Shown here: positions 1-13,349 of the stretch, in pieces
Layout: the number at the start of each line of letters is the position of its first letter
Position numbering within the stretch: the stretch's first letter is position 1
Source of the DNA: Blepharisma stoltei ATCC 30299
Lineage: Eukaryota > Protista > Ciliophora
Direction of reading: 5' to 3'
Assembly (NCBI GenBank): GCA_965603825.1
Contig: CBFDEM010000048.1
Location: forward strand, 186,001-250,000
Length of the DNA stretch: 64,000 nucleotides
Program-made: the position numbers and the translations under genes
Notes under the pieces: model-generated
Database searches by the model: none
What the model saw: the letters and a program-made list of their open reading frames with translations, nothing else
Told to the model about the DNA's origin: nothing

Positions 1-251
1 GATGATGAAGGTCTGGAAAATGAGGAATAAATATTTTCTATATTTGAAATATCTTTTTTCGGCTTCCTTGGGAACGGAGGACTGATGAAACCTATCGGAG
101 TTGATCTTAATGATGAAATAAATTTTCCTTGAGATTGGTTTGTGTAATTTCGAAGAATTAAGGGTTGCCGAACGCCTCTTCCTCTAAGTTTTCCAGAGCA
201 ATTATTTGTGAGATCTGGAGCAACTTTATTATTGTAAAGACAAATCTTCAT
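1..251 (-). CDS. 5' part of a hypothetical protein running off the window edge
   Basis: ATG at 251; frame open to position 1 (MKICLYNNKVAPD...SFSRPSS); AT-rich upstream flank. Confidence 0.55.
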   Translation of the reverse strand, partial: MKICLYNNKVAPDLTNNCSGKLRGRGVRQPLILRNYTNQSQGKFISSLRSTPIGFISPPFPRKPKKDISNIENIYSSFSRPSS

Positions 252-776
252 TTAAAAATTATCATTTAACTGTCATAATTTTATATTAAGCTCTGCAATG
301 GCTAGTTTGGAGAATAGTTTTGAGGAAGATGTGACAATTTTGATTAAGAAAGCTTCGCTTATTGAAATATTGCTTCAATAACAGTTATAGTAGTGCTGTA
401 TGCTTAAAATAGTTTATTGCTGTTAAAAAAATATAATTAATAGATCTCATTGCAGTTTTAAGTATGCAAATTAGAGTTACTTTGGTATAACTTCTATTTG
501 AATCAAATTGCAATGGCTGATTACATTTAATTTCACATATATATTTTGCAATAATTTTCTAAATATAATAGTTGCCAAGCATCAAAATGTGGCAACATTA
601 TTAGAGAAGATAATAAGCCTATTATAATTATGATTAAATTTAAAATTTAATTCATAAATTATCTTCTTTTTCTCTAATCAAAAATCAAATGCTCCTTCAA
701 ATATCATTTTTCCTATCAAATCTCCCTGAATATTTTAAAACTTGTTACTCGTTTTACCATCATCTGCCATTATAAA

Positions 777-1703
777 ATGTTAGATAGGATAGCCTCTTTC
801 CTTTATTCCTGTGCTTGGTGGCTGGCTATTCTGATCATTCTTGTTGTAGTCTGTCTATATCTTTTCCAAAACAAGCTCATCTATCAACCAACTCCTATGG
901 GGCTAAATCTTCCTCCAACCCCTGACTTAAATCCTCAAGGGTACCGAAATCCATCTGAGCGAGGAATTGCTTATGAGGAATTCTACTTAACTACTTCTGA
1001 TAACGTGAAAATTCATACATGATTAATGACTACTAGCAAAGGTTCAAGCTCTCCAACATTTATATTTTATCATGAGAATGCAGGGAATTTTGCGTTGAGG
1101 ATGGACAGCTTTGAAAGCTTCGTCAAAGAGCTGGGAGTAAATGTTTTTGCAGTTTCCTACAGAGGGTATGGATTCTCACAAGGAGCTCCAAGTGAGCAAG
1201 GGATTTATAGAGACGCTGACAGAGTAATGAGATTTATTTTTGAGGAAGCCCCAATTGATAGAAGCAAAGTCTTTTTATTTGGAAGATCACTTGGTGGAGC
1301 CACTTCAATCTACTCAGCTTGGAAGTTCCAGGAATTCCCAATAAGAGGCTTGATTATCGAAAATACTTTTACATCATTAGACGACGTTGTGGACAATGTA
1401 ATGCCTTATATTTCCCATTTCAAGTCACTTTTACTCAAAAACCATTGGCCAAGTGCAGAAAGAATTAAGACTCTTACTGTGCCAATTTTATTCATTTCAG
1501 GGCTACAAGATGAACTGATCCCTTGTGAGCAGATGAAGAGGCTTCATGATTTAGCGATTAACTCAAGATCTAAAACCTTTGTAAGAATTATTTAGTATGC
1601 AGTTGAGAATGGTGATCACAATTCAACGTGGAGAATAGCAGGTGAGGCCTACATTCCTAAGCTCAAAGAATTCGTAGAAAAGTGTTTAGCTATCAGAGAT
1701 TAA
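777..1703 (+). CDS. ABHD13/BEM46-like alpha/beta hydrolase with N-terminal TM anchor
   Basis: ORFs join through TGA=Trp at 1020-1022; motifs HENAGN, YRGYG, GRSLGG, D-ELIP; removing intron 1581-1595 adds the catalytic-His motif GDHNSTW and TAA at 1701-1703. Confidence 0.9.
1581..1595 (+). other. 15-nt spliceosomal intron
   Basis: GTAAGAATTATTTAG; contains in-frame TAG; splicing restores hydrolase C-terminus. Confidence 0.9.
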
Positions 1704-1971
1704 ATAAAAATAAAATTTTAAGTGGAGAAAAATGAAAATTATTATTAAAGTAAAACTAGGTATAAAGGATTATATTAAATTTATCTATAAGTAAAATGGT
1801 GGTATTGTACATAAAAATCCATATTACTCCATTTTATATTCAGCATTCTAGAAATAGGGATAATTTAAATAAAGAATAGACAGATTTTTAACTCCCTCTG
1901 CATTATATCTAATACATTTGGCCTAAAAACACGATAAATAAAATTTCAGCGACTTTTTAGATAATATTAAA

Positions 1972-4359
1972 ATGGCTTCTCTTATTTCCGGTAACAAATC
2001 CAAACGCCAATTTAAGAAAAAATCAAAAGCTTCAATCATTGAGAAATCCCCAAAAATCTCATCCGAACCTAAATCAGAGTGGCCTATGGTCTCTAAGGAA
2101 GATGAAGAATCTCGTCGAGATTGGCTATTTATTTCAGACCAAATGAGCAAAGTAGGAATAGTAATTGCTGAAAATATTCAAGGCCAACAAGAGAAGCACC
2201 CCAAATTAAGAGGAAAAACCCCGCTTACTCGCTCAGTAGAGACTCAAGGGAATCTTGTAACCTCTTTGCAGAATGTTCAGTCCATTTTAGATAAAAGATC
2301 CCTTTTACAAAGAACAAAAAGCCTCGAAAAACCTTATCAAGAGCCAAGCCTTAGCCAAGAAAAAATGATTATTTATGCACTAAAAAACATAGGTGCCTTA
2401 TTCAATAAAGAAAACTCAAGTATCCTTTTTAACTCTTGGCCCTTGATTTTCCCTGGGGAAAATATCCTTGGAAATTGTCCAGAAAAGTTCATCAGTCAGC
2501 CACCTTTGGCATTTTTGCTTATAAATGATGCTTCTTCTAGCATCCGGGTTGAAGTAGCTTCTACTATAGCTTCAATTATAGCAAATTCGCCGCTTCTTAA
2601 ATGGCAAGACAATTTAGAAAATTCAGGGGCTGCCCACGCTTTGAATAAGCTTTCTCATTCCTTAGAAGGAATAATTTATAATATGCATGAAGCATTGGGT
2701 TATATTTTATCAAGAAACGAGCCTAAAGAAATTGTCTTAGCTGTTTTAAAAACAGCAGAAGCTTTGGTTGGAAATACTTCTTACCTTAAATTTTCTGCAA
2801 TTTCTTTACCGCCTCTAATAGAGACTGTAATAAGACAGCTCGAAAAAAATGACATTGAAATTACTAAGGCGATGATTTCGGTGCTTACATGTGCCTTTAA
2901 AGAAAATGTGGAAGAAATGGTCCAGTTTTTGACCCCACAGTTTGTTTTTAATTTTATAGACTCCAATGATTTATTGAAAGAAAAGCTGGAACTTTTAGCA
3001 AAAATTACGAGAAATTATTCAGCTTATATTGGGTTTTTGACGGATTGGCTTAAATCAAAATTAGATGACCTTTTGGTTTGTGAAGATGCTGAAATACAAA
3101 AAGCAGCTTTTAAGATTATTGAAGAATATATCAGAGGAAACCAAAATTGCCCACTAATAGATTTGGCAATTGATAAGATGTTTTATTTAATCAGGAAAAA
3201 GAGGTTTGATGACTTAAGCTGCGCTTTTGATGTTTTGACGGTTATGCAAAATTTCAAAAATTTTTCAACAGAGCAGTTTGAGGAGCTTCTAAGATTTTTG
3301 AAGCATTATGAAAAATCTCAGGCACCTTATACACTTAGGAATAGCCTTTTAAAACTTATAGGGACACTATTCAAGACTAAAGCCATGCCAATGCATTTTT
3401 GCCCAACTGCAATAAATATTTTATTAAATCATAAAGAGTCAAAAGACCTCAAGATTGCAATAAGCTGGGCTGCAGCAATTTCAAGCTTTTGTACCAATCC
3501 GTTATGTTTGGATAGGCTTGACTTAATTTATAAAATAATCCACGAAAACAGCCAAAACAAAAAAGAAAAAATTGTTTCCAATGCGATTATATCCACAGGA
3601 AACTTATTTAAAAACTTCTCGAGATCAGACCTTGGAGATTATTTTAAAGATTTTTTTGATATTTCGGTCCAAGGACTGTCGCATAAAAATGCAAAGGTAG
3701 GTTGGGATTCCTGCAGAGCATTATTTGAATTCTTCGGGAATAAAAATATGCCACATAGTGAAATGGCTGATGTTTTGATACCTGTTTTAATAGCTACTAT
3801 TCGAGAGCAGAAAAACTATAAGACGAAATGAAAAGCAGCTCAAATGCTAAGAAAATTCAATAAAGAGCTTTTAAATAGGTCTTCAGATATCCTAAAAGTT
3901 GCAATTGATGGGCTAGAATCCATAAAAAGCTTGCTAGTTTTTGATGCAAAAACTCTCAAGTATGAAAGAGGGTTTAGGCAAGAAGCTACTAACTGTATAG
4001 TTTATATCATTGAAAATACCCAAGAATTTACCCCAGAGCTCGAACCATTTTTAAGCCAAAATGCTTTAGAGATCTATGGATGAATTAAATGGGCTTTATC
4101 TGATATAATTATCCAAAATCCCGATTCGATGCTTTTGGAGCACCCAACTATCATTTCAATAAAAAAATTCTCAGAAAATATTTTATCATGGGTCTCAGTC
4201 CATCCAGAAATCCAAATCTCATTCGGTCTACTAGAAAAATACAGAAAATTATCCCTTTTCAATGAGAAAAAAATCTTCAAATACTCAAAGCAATCTTTAA
4301 TTGTCAAGAACAGCGACGTTATCCTACCCATAAATCCATTGAGCAGCGAGTTCTTATAG
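1972..4359 (+). CDS. HEAT-repeat protein, HEATR6-like
   Basis: Three same-frame ORFs separated only by TGA (3829, 4081); KVGWDSCRAL and NYKTKWKAAQML resemble HEATR6 C-terminal motifs. Confidence 0.7.
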
Positions 4360-4385
4360 ATAAATAATAGATTTCATTATTAAAT

Positions 4386-5795
4386 ATGAGAAATTACATA
4401 ATTGATGTAGAGAAGGAATATATCAAATCTGCTATGCATGCCCTTGGGATAGAGCCAAAAGAATTAGAACGTAAAAGCATTGATGATTTTTATGATAGAA
4501 ATATAAGTGAAGAAGTTCAACAGCTGAGATATGATTATTACAACAGGGTGTTAAATGAAACAGTTAAAAGAATCAGAGCTTACTTAAAAGAACAAATACA
4601 GAAAGGTCATTCAGCGTTCAGTAAATTTGATGCTAAAGCTTCTTATGATGAAAGCACTCAAGATAGAAGCAAAGGGGACGAATTAGAAGAAATCAAGAAA
4701 AAGAACAGAGAATTGATCATAAACACCATAAGTGAAATGGACAACCAAATAAAAGGACTTAAAGCCATTGAGAAAAAACTAAAAATAGTAGCGGATACTA
4801 AGCAAGAAATATTAAAAAATAAGCAAAAAGAAGCCTCAAGAAAAATACCAAAAGACAGAGATGTGAGCTACGAAGCAAGCAATACAAGGACTTCATTGAA
4901 ATCACATGGACAAAAAAAAGCTTATGAAGATGGGGATAGAGCAAGAACAAGTTCAGTTAAATTAAGAAAAAATGATGATAAGAGAGCATATAAAGAAAAA
5001 CTTGATACAGAATTTTTAAGTACAATCGATGATAAATTATCAAAAATCAATGAAAAACTTAACAAGTCAAGAGATAAATATAGACAAAATATTAAGCAAA
5101 AAAAAGAAGTCGCATCAAGAATTGGAGAAAAAGCTGAAATTATCATGAAAACAGTTGAGCGGTCAATAGAAGAAGAATCGTCTGAGCTGGCAAGCAAAAT
5201 CTTCACTAAACACCGAGAATCACAAAATAGGCGAAAAGAATATATGCAAATTCTAATAGAAAAACGAAACGACGAAAAAAAGAAAAAAGAAGAACGACTG
5301 TTAAAAGCAAAAGAAAAACTTAAAGAAGGCGAAGAACTCGAAATAAAAAAAGCCGCAGCAATTGAAAAAAGGATGGACTACTCCATGAAATTGATAGAAA
5401 AAAAGCAAGAAAACTGAAGCAAAGAGCTCGAAATCCGAAGCGAGTTACAAAGACTAAGAGACGAAGAAGCCATACTCAATGCAGAACGGCAAAAAAGAGC
5501 TTTGTAAAGAATAATTAGGAAAGCACGTCGAGATCATGTTCTAGAAAGACACATGCAAGACAAAATTAGAATCGAAGCCATCAGACAAGAAAAAGAGCAA
5601 GAAATAAAGAGGAAGCAGGATTTAGCATTTAAAGTGATGATAGAAAAAGAAAGAGCCTTTGAAGCAGTTGCAGCAATAAGGAAATCCCCTGATTCAAAGC
5701 TTGCAAAAGATTTAATGAGACAGTTTAATGTAAGTCCCGCTAAAGCAACGCCAGTTGCACAGCAGGATAATTTAAAGAAAATTGCTACTTTGTAG
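4386..5795 (+). CDS. Lys/Glu-rich coiled-coil protein
   Basis: TGA=Trp at 5415-5417 plus intron 5504-5518 join the ORFs in frame. Confidence 0.8.
5504..5518 (+). other. 15-nt spliceosomal intron
   Basis: GTAAAGAATAATTAG; removes in-frame TAA. Confidence 0.85.
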
Positions 5796-6267
5796 GTTTT
5801 AATTTTTGTATATGCTTCTCAAACTTTACTCTAAACCTTTCTTCACAGTCGTCTGGAAATCGACACATATTTAATAATCGTAACGCCAACGCGTAGTTGC
5901 ATGAAAAGACATTACTGATTTCACCTGAATGCAACTGTGCTTTATAGCGGTCTTCACATTTACAATCAAACCCAACTGTTATTCTTAAATAATAGTACGC
6001 TTTATATAGATCTTTTGCAGCAGATTTTCCTTTTAGATACAGCTTTGCAAGCATAAGAGAAGCTTCAGGGCTCTTAAAACTAATTTCTTTAAGGATTTTG
6101 ATTGCTAATTTCGGATTTTTTCTTATATGTGCGGCTCCTTTTATTAATATTTTAGCATATATAATTTTCGCATCAGCTAAGCCTTTTTTTGCTTCTTTTT
6201 TGTATTCTTCCTTCCAAGACCTCTCCAATATCCTGACAATTTCTCTTAAAGGGGTTCCACTCTCCAT
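5785..6267 (-). CDS. Small helical protein, Sel1-like repeats
   Basis: 160-aa ORF; ASLMLAKLYLKGKSAAKDLYKAYYYL resembles a Sel1 repeat. Confidence 0.65.
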   Translation of the reverse strand: MESGTPLREIVRILERSWKEEYKKEAKKGLADAKIIYAKILIKGAAHIRKNPKLAIKILKEISFKSPEASLMLAKLYLKGKSAAKDLYKAYYYLRITVGFDCKCEDRYKAQLHSGEISNVFSCNYALALRLLNMCRFPDDCEERFRVKFEKHIQKLKPTK

Positions 6268-6316
6268 TTAATTATTTCTATTTATGGATAAAGATTGAAG
6301 TTAACAGCAAAATTCA

Positions 6317-8854
6317 TTAAGGCTTTTTCAATGTATTTTTATATGTTGAAAACTGATTTACATGTATTTGATCACTTAACATCTTGTACCGCAGTTTTAT
6401 AGGGGTACTTCTTTTTAAATCCTCAAATGCTTCAGAAGAGCTTTTGGCGCCCTCATAAGCTGGAAAGAAAGGCTTTTCCGAGTCTTTACTTGTTATTGGC
6501 ACATTAATTTTCTTCGTGATATCTGAAAAACATAATGATTTTGAGTCGCGCTTGTGTTTGGGTTTTGGAATTTCTTTTTTATCAAATGATAGCTCGGCGT
6601 TTTTTTGCTTGAATTTTTGTAGGCCTCTTGAGTATGAAAATTTAGGAAAATCGTTGTTGCGTGAAGGTGGACGAGTTCCTGAAGGCTGAATACAGATATC
6701 TTCTGGAGAAAAATCTGGGATTGCACTTTCTGCTCGAAATCGTAAGTTTTTACGATTGCTTCGAGAAGCTGATGAAGCTCTTGAAAAGTATTTAGCTAAA
6801 GAACTCATAGGTGGCTTTGGGAATTTTTCTTTAGATTCAGCTTTCTTTTTTTTCGAAGATATAGGGAGATAGCTTTTGATTATTAATGGCGAATCCAAAA
6901 GGCTTTCAACTTTTTTGAATGCTTTAAGAATATTTTTTTTCATTTCTGCTTCTAATTCGTCTCTTTCTTCGCTGTATTCATCTACTTCAGAATCTGAGCT
7001 ATCAGATTCACTCTCCATTATTTGTGGCTCATCCCTTATACTATTTATGATATCTGCCATCGTTCTTCTTTTTGGAATCACTACACGTTGGGTCGTTTCT
7101 CTTTCTTTTAGAAGCTCTTTTTCTTTTTCTTCATCACTTTCTGTCATTTTATTCCTTTTTCTCAATCTTTCAAATTTTCTTAATTCTTGGTCTTCCTTAT
7201 CTCTATCCCTAATTTCTATATATTCTAATATAGTTTCTCCTAAACATTTCCCTAGTCTATGCAAATTTTCTTCGGTAAACGCAATTGTAGCTCTTTCACT
7301 GTCTAAATATCCATGTGAGGAAGATTCAACTGTATAGGTATATGGCAATTCAAGCTCTTTTCACATAACTAAACGTGCTGTTTTACGTTTGCTAGCTTCA
7401 TTTCGGAACCTGCAAGAATAATAGCGGAACATTTCTGTGGTTTCGCTTATAAGTTTGGGGAAAACTTTTATTTTGCAATATTTTTCTGAGTGAAGAGGGT
7501 AATGTGGCCCATACATGAAAACTCCTTTTTTCTTAGAATGGGCATGCAAATCAAAATAAAATATCAGCTTGTGGACAGAGCTTATGGTTGCTGCTTTACT
7601 TTTTAGATGATAGATGACTGGATTTAATTTTGGGTTCGGGTCTTGGAAGCTTCTATTTAGGTCTTCTCCTGTCAAAGAGCATCTTGTATTTCCTACAATA
7701 ACACCATCTACATTTAGCATAGGGACTATTTTGAAAACAATTTTTTTCCTCAGCTTTTTGGCTTTTTTGCAATTTCCTGTGATAAATTTTAAAAATCCTT
7801 CCATTACTCATGACCCATGGGTTTCTCCAGGATGAACTCTTGCAGTCATAAAAACAGCTTCTTTTTCTTCTGAATTACTAAAATCAGTAACAGTCAGCAT
7901 TGGTGTTTCAACCCCTCCTAAGCTTTTGCAAAGAATTTCTTTCCTCACAAAATCATATTTTTCAAGCTCTTTCAGCAATTTACATAATTTTGTATAGCTA
8001 TAAGGTACAGAGTAAGCAAAAAAGACAGTGTCATTTTCATGAAATTGGAATAAGAATGACAAAGAATAGTAATATCTATTGACTAAAAGTCTGTTTACTT
8101 TACTACTAGTATACGTAATATTGTAACCACCTTTTACTCAGCCAGTTTTTTCGCGGTAAATGCATGGCATTAGTCCTTGTGTATATAAACTGTTGCGCTT
8201 AGAGAAATTGACTATGTTAAATTTGACCTCCCTTGCATAGCTTTTGTTAGATACTTTAAAATAATATCACTGATTATGACCATAAGTATTTGAATCTGTC
8301 CTTAAATATAAATCGTACTCATTCTCTTTTACTTTTACAACTTTATCTAGGTTTCCACATTCGAATTTTGATGAAAATTCGAGCTCTTCAGGCTCTAGGC
8401 CTTCTTTCATCCCAATAAAAGGGCGATTTTCCTTTTTTGGTTCATTCTTTTTTACAAGTTCCCAAGCATGTTTTATTCTTGGATTAATTGAAAATTTATA
8501 AGTGTCAGGCCCTGAAAAAGTTTCATTGAGTTCTAAAGAATCTTCAGGCCTGTATCCGTTAAAAATAGCATTTTGTGCAGGAATTCTGTCATATGTAAAC
8601 GATAAAGGTATTGGACCGTTTTGCAAAAGCGAATTCGGCCTTCAACTAAATAGGAGTTACCCAAACATCATGTCAGGTTCTAAGCTGTGCCCAGATTCTG
8701 CTAAAGGAATATGTGGAATTATTTCTAATTCAGGTTTTTCTTTTAATTTATTATTTTCTTGGTGGATAGGGGTTTTGTTTTTTATGTCAAGGTTAAAAAG
8801 AAGTTCATCTTCTGAGTTTTGCTCAAAGCCTGAATCTTCGCTAAACTCGGTCAT
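6317..8854 (-). CDS. Cytosolic carboxypeptidase (CCP/AGBL, M14D tubulin deglutamylase family)
   Basis: Five same-frame ORFs joined by TGA=Trp and intron 8646-8660; motifs FSSKFECGNL, ARVHPGE, PMLNVDGV, DLNR, DLHAHS. Confidence 0.92.
8646..8660 (-). other. 15-nt spliceosomal intron
   Basis: GTAACTCCTATTTAG on minus strand; removes in-frame TAA. Confidence 0.85.
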
Positions 8855-9414
8855 TCTGTATTTAAAAAATTTATTAGAATTAAAATGATGCAGAGATTAT
8901 TCGATTTTTAAAAGGAGTTACATGAGGATTGGTATTGCTGAAATAGGGAAAAATTAAATGAAATTATTATTGTAGGAAGCTTAAAAGAAAAAAAGAGCAT
9001 CAGAAAATCATAATGAATTTAAATCAGAAAATGTGCAAATATGAAAATAATGAAAGTAAAAAAGCGCCTATAGTAAATAAAGGAAACAAAAAGATTATAA
9101 TTTTTATAATTTATTAATAATAGAGATGGCAATCTTTACTCTTGTGAAGAAGGAATTGAAAATAAATTTATAAAATTAAAGCATTCCGCTTTAGATAAAG
9201 AAAACTCATATTTGTAGTAAATAATATTAATTCTATAGTAAACAATTTATTTTCATCAAATACCTGCTGCCCAAGAAATCAATTAATATTATTTCATCCA
9301 GTTAGATCTCTTTTGGAAATTAAATACAAATGGTCGAAGTTTTTAATTTAGCCTATCCTATTCAAAACTTGTAAAAACAATAAATCTTCTACTCTTTATT
9401 TTAAATGCTTATTA

Positions 9415-10110
9415 ATGAATAATTTACGCTATTACCCATCAAGTCCTCGCTTCATTCAAAATTCAGGCGAGCGTTCTCATTGAAGTAAATTTACAATAAA
9501 AACTTCTCCAAGAACTCACTTGCAAGCTAAAACCTTAACATTAAACAAAAGAATCTATGAAATTGAAGAGCGCGTTCAGAGTGTCCCACCAGATGACCTA
9601 AAAGCTCAAATCATTCAGCTTTCAAGCAGAAGTCATAGTGCAAGTAAAAAAACAAACGAAAAGCCAAAACTTCATACTTCTTTATATTTTCCTCCAATTA
9701 AAGCAGCATTGAAAAAAGACCTAGAAATCGTCCCAGAAAGCAATTTAACTAGAAAAAGGAAAAATAAGTCCAGAAATTTCTCGCTTGATTTTTACCTTGG
9801 AGAAGAAACTAAATTTTCATTAAGTTTGAGAGCATCTCCTAAGAATTATGATTTTGAAATGGTTGGAAAACATATAATTCCAGCCAATGCTGTTAAATTA
9901 AGCAATTTTAGAGGGCTGGCCAAAGAGTCTCTTGCAAATCCACCAAAAGCTAATTATTTTAAGAAGGGGAGATTAAGTGTGGTAAACCCTAGTCCTTGGC
10001 CAATATCATCAACAGATAAATTAAAAACCCCATTAGACGAATACTGGAATCGAAAGAATTCAGTTTCTCTTTCAAATAGTATGCAATCTCGATACAATGA
10101 TAAAAATTAA
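9415..10110 (+). CDS. Hypothetical basic protein
   Basis: ATG 9415 in frame with ORF 9520-10110 through TGA at 9481-9483. Confidence 0.65.
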
Positions 10111-10740
10111 TCTTAAATAATTTTCCATAAGTTATAAAGCGGTTTCAAAAGAATTATGGAGTTGCAATTTTTTGAATTTCTTAGGTGTCCTTAAGTTTCT
10201 TTTATTGCAGAAAGTTGCATTAGCTTGCATAGTTCATTTTGCCTTAAATAGCTTTAAAGCTATTAAAGCAATATATAGTGTAGCTTTATTTAAAGAGATA
10301 TGAATTGCCTAAAAAGAATTAGAGCGCCGTTAATGAGTTTAATGTTTGCATTTATTTATAATAATGCTGACTTACTTGCTTTATAAAAATATTTGCTTTA
10401 CTAAAAAAATTGGCTGATTACTTCTATTTCTATTTAGGTTACTATTAATTATCTTATCTTGAAAACTGCTTGGCAGATTCAAAAATTTTCAATAAAAGAT
10501 CTAGAATATTCCCAAATTTCATCATAAGTCCAATTTTTCTTTTTTTTCTTTTTCATATCCCATTCTGCATTTCTCATCATTATTTTTCAAGTCTCTATTA
10601 ACTCTATAAATTTCTTATTTTATTAAAATCCTTTATTTCCTCTGTTCAAAATAAGTAAAAACTTCTTAAACTGTTTCGTTTTAAATCCATTTGTAAAAAT
10701 CAAAATACTCCATTACTTACAAACTGACTAACTATAAATA

Positions 10741-12765
10741 ATGAAGATAGACATACTGAACACGACTATTCTCTTAAATGTGGTCATTTCTATGCTACTC
10801 AAGGGCATTACGATACAAATTATCTATAAATCGCTTTTTATTATTGCCATCAGACTTATAACAGGCCACTTAAAAATATACACAGCACTCGCATTTTACA
10901 TGATCATAGCAGCATCTTCTAATTCACTTGAGGATTTATTCTGCCTTTATTTAATTCTTTATATATCGCCAGCTATGCTAGATCTAAAAATAAAATGCAT
11001 TACAAAATTTTCCCTTATAATATGTATAGTTTGGCTAACCATAGCTGGCTTTTACCATAGAGGCCAGCTTGAGGTATTAGGAATTGTTTTAGTATTGATA
11101 TTAGCAATTAGAGATATGGCAAAAGATAAAGAAATCCAAAAGCTCAGCGAAATAAATAGAGGAATCATTATAGATAGAGATGAAATACAAGAAAGATACA
11201 GATACTTGGAAAGCAAACTGCTTTCTGCTGATAAGAACCGTTCTCCAATCACAGGAAAAAGAACCATGGTAATTTTGGACAAATTAAAGAAACTAAATAG
11301 CCAAAATGTATTATCAAAATATGCATTTTGTAGGAAACTCCCAAGGGAATCTAGCTATAACAGCCTTGAAGATGCTCAATTATCAGTTCCAACAATGAGA
11401 TCTTCAGATTCAAATATTAATGTAATTAGAAATAGAAGAAGAGGATCTTCTTCATCATCTACTACAGAATTAGACATTGGGATAACCCATGAAGAAATAA
11501 ATGAAATAATTTCTTCTCTTATTGATCAGGAATATCTTATGTGAAATCCAGCAAAAGGAGTAGCAGCTGACCTCGACTTGGCAAGCATTGGAATGAATGC
11601 TATTCATGTATATACTCAATCTGTTGATTCTTTGCCTGGGGTCACAGAAAAAGTGCTCACAATTGACTCTATGCCAGATAGAAAAAACAGTGCAACTATG
11701 TATAGTCTTTGCGGTGACTCGCAGCCGCTTTGTGAAGTATTAAGAACAATAGGAATATGAGACTTTGACACCCTTAGAGTAATTCAGTCCATAAATAACC
11801 CTGCATTTGAAGTAGGCAGATATATTTTTGATTTTTTGGACTTGATTGATAGCATGGATATTGATACCCACCTACTAAACCGATTTTTAACTGTAGTAGA
11901 AGAAGGCTATCAAAAAGAAAATTTTTACCATAACTCCATCCATGCAGCAGATGTGGCAGCTTCTATTGTATTTTTAATTAGAGATGGACTTGCTGTCAGT
12001 GGGAAAATATTAGATATTGATGTATTTTCTCTTGTAGTGGCTGCGCTTTGTCATGATATAGGCCACCCAGGTGTAAATAATGGATTTTTAGTAGCAACTC
12101 AAGACCCACTTGCCATTAAATATAACGACCAAAGTGTTTTAGAAAATATGCATGCAAATAAAACTTTCCAAATATTAAGCAATTTAAGCACGAATATTGT
12201 GAAAGGGTTATCAAAGCCAGATTATCAGAGATTCAGAAAAATAGTTGTTTTAGCGATTTTAGCAACTGATTTGCAGGTGCATTTTGATAAGCTTGCAGAG
12301 TTTAAAACACAAGTGGCTAATAAACTAACGCTGACAGATGATAAATTTAAACTTATGTCTTTGCAAATTTGTTTGAAATGTGCCGATATAGGACATGGAG
12401 CTAAAACTCTCGAATTGCACAAAAAGTGGACAAATTTAATAACAAAAGAATTTTTCAGGCAAGGGGATATGGAAAGAAATCGAGGAATCCCAGTAACTCC
12501 TCTTTGTGATAGAATAAATGTTATAGTCAGTAAATCACAGGAAGGGTTTTTAAAAGTGCTGGTAAGGCCTTTGTTTGAGCTTTGGGAAGAATTTGTGGAA
12601 CAAAGTGCGAGCACTGAGAAGAAAAAAGATGGATTAGGGATAAAGATTTGTATGAGGAATATTATTTGTAATATAGAGTATTGGGATAATGAATATAGCC
12701 TTTACAAAGAAGGAAAACATACATATTTTCTTGATGATTTACCTCCACCATTATATATATCATAG
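10741..12765 (+). CDS. Class I cyclic-nucleotide phosphodiesterase with hydrophobic multipass N-terminus
   Basis: Same-frame ORFs joined by TGA at 11542 and 11758; YHNSIHAADV, HDIGHPGVNN, LENMH, ILATD, KCADI, EFFRQGD motifs. Confidence 0.92.
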
Positions 12766-12935
12766 AAATAAACATAATAGATATTTTTACATTATAATTA
12801 AAATAATTAAATAAAAGCAATAGCCTGATAAATAAATTAGATTCTTTCGCTGCACAAACTTATTTTAATATTGCAACTTGATTATCAAAGAATAGAAAAA
12901 TTAACTCAGGATCGTGTTTAAATTTAAGATTAAAT

Positions 12936-13262
12936 TTATTCGTTATGCTCGTGCTTAATTAGAGACTCAGCTTTATCCATAAATTGTGCAAGCCATACAT
13001 CTTTTTCTGTTATTCCTCCAGCATCATGAGTAGAAAGTGTTACATCAACTCTTCCATAGACATTGAACCATTCAGGATGGTGATCTTGCTGATCAGCCAC
13101 TTTTGCAACAAGTCTCATAAACTCCCAAGCATCGTTAAAGTCTTTAAAATTAAACCTTTTCTGAATTGCTGGCCTGTCTTTAACAATTGACCAGCTAGGA
13201 AGAGCGCTGTTAAGCCCAGCTAATTGGTCTTTAGTTAATAGGGAAGCAAATCTCCTTAGCAT
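12936..13262 (-). CDS. PCBD: Pterin-4-alpha-carbinolamine dehydratase, likely mitochondrial presequence
   Basis: [10 protein letters not shown] and LSTHDAGG motifs; starts MLRRFASLL. Confidence 0.92.
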   Translation of the reverse strand: MLRRFASLLTKDQLAGLNSALPSWSIVKDRPAIQKRFNFKDFNDAWEFMRLVAKVADQQDHHPEWFNVYGRVDVTLSTHDAGGITEKDVWLAQFMDKAESLIKHEHNE

Positions 13263-13349
13263 AATTATTATTAATGTAAATAAAATATCCACTAAAATTA
13301 TGTTAAAAAATTCTTTTGATCGATATTAATGCAGATAGGGACTAATAAC

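Noticed and set aside
5730-5745. Possible 16-nt intron GTAAGTCCCGCTAAAG
   Set aside because: Lacks A at -6 and a YAG acceptor, and is GC-rich unlike the supported introns
10247-10264. 18-bp perfect palindrome AATAGCTTTAAAGCTATT
   Set aside because: AT-rich, isolated, no repeat or flanking element structure
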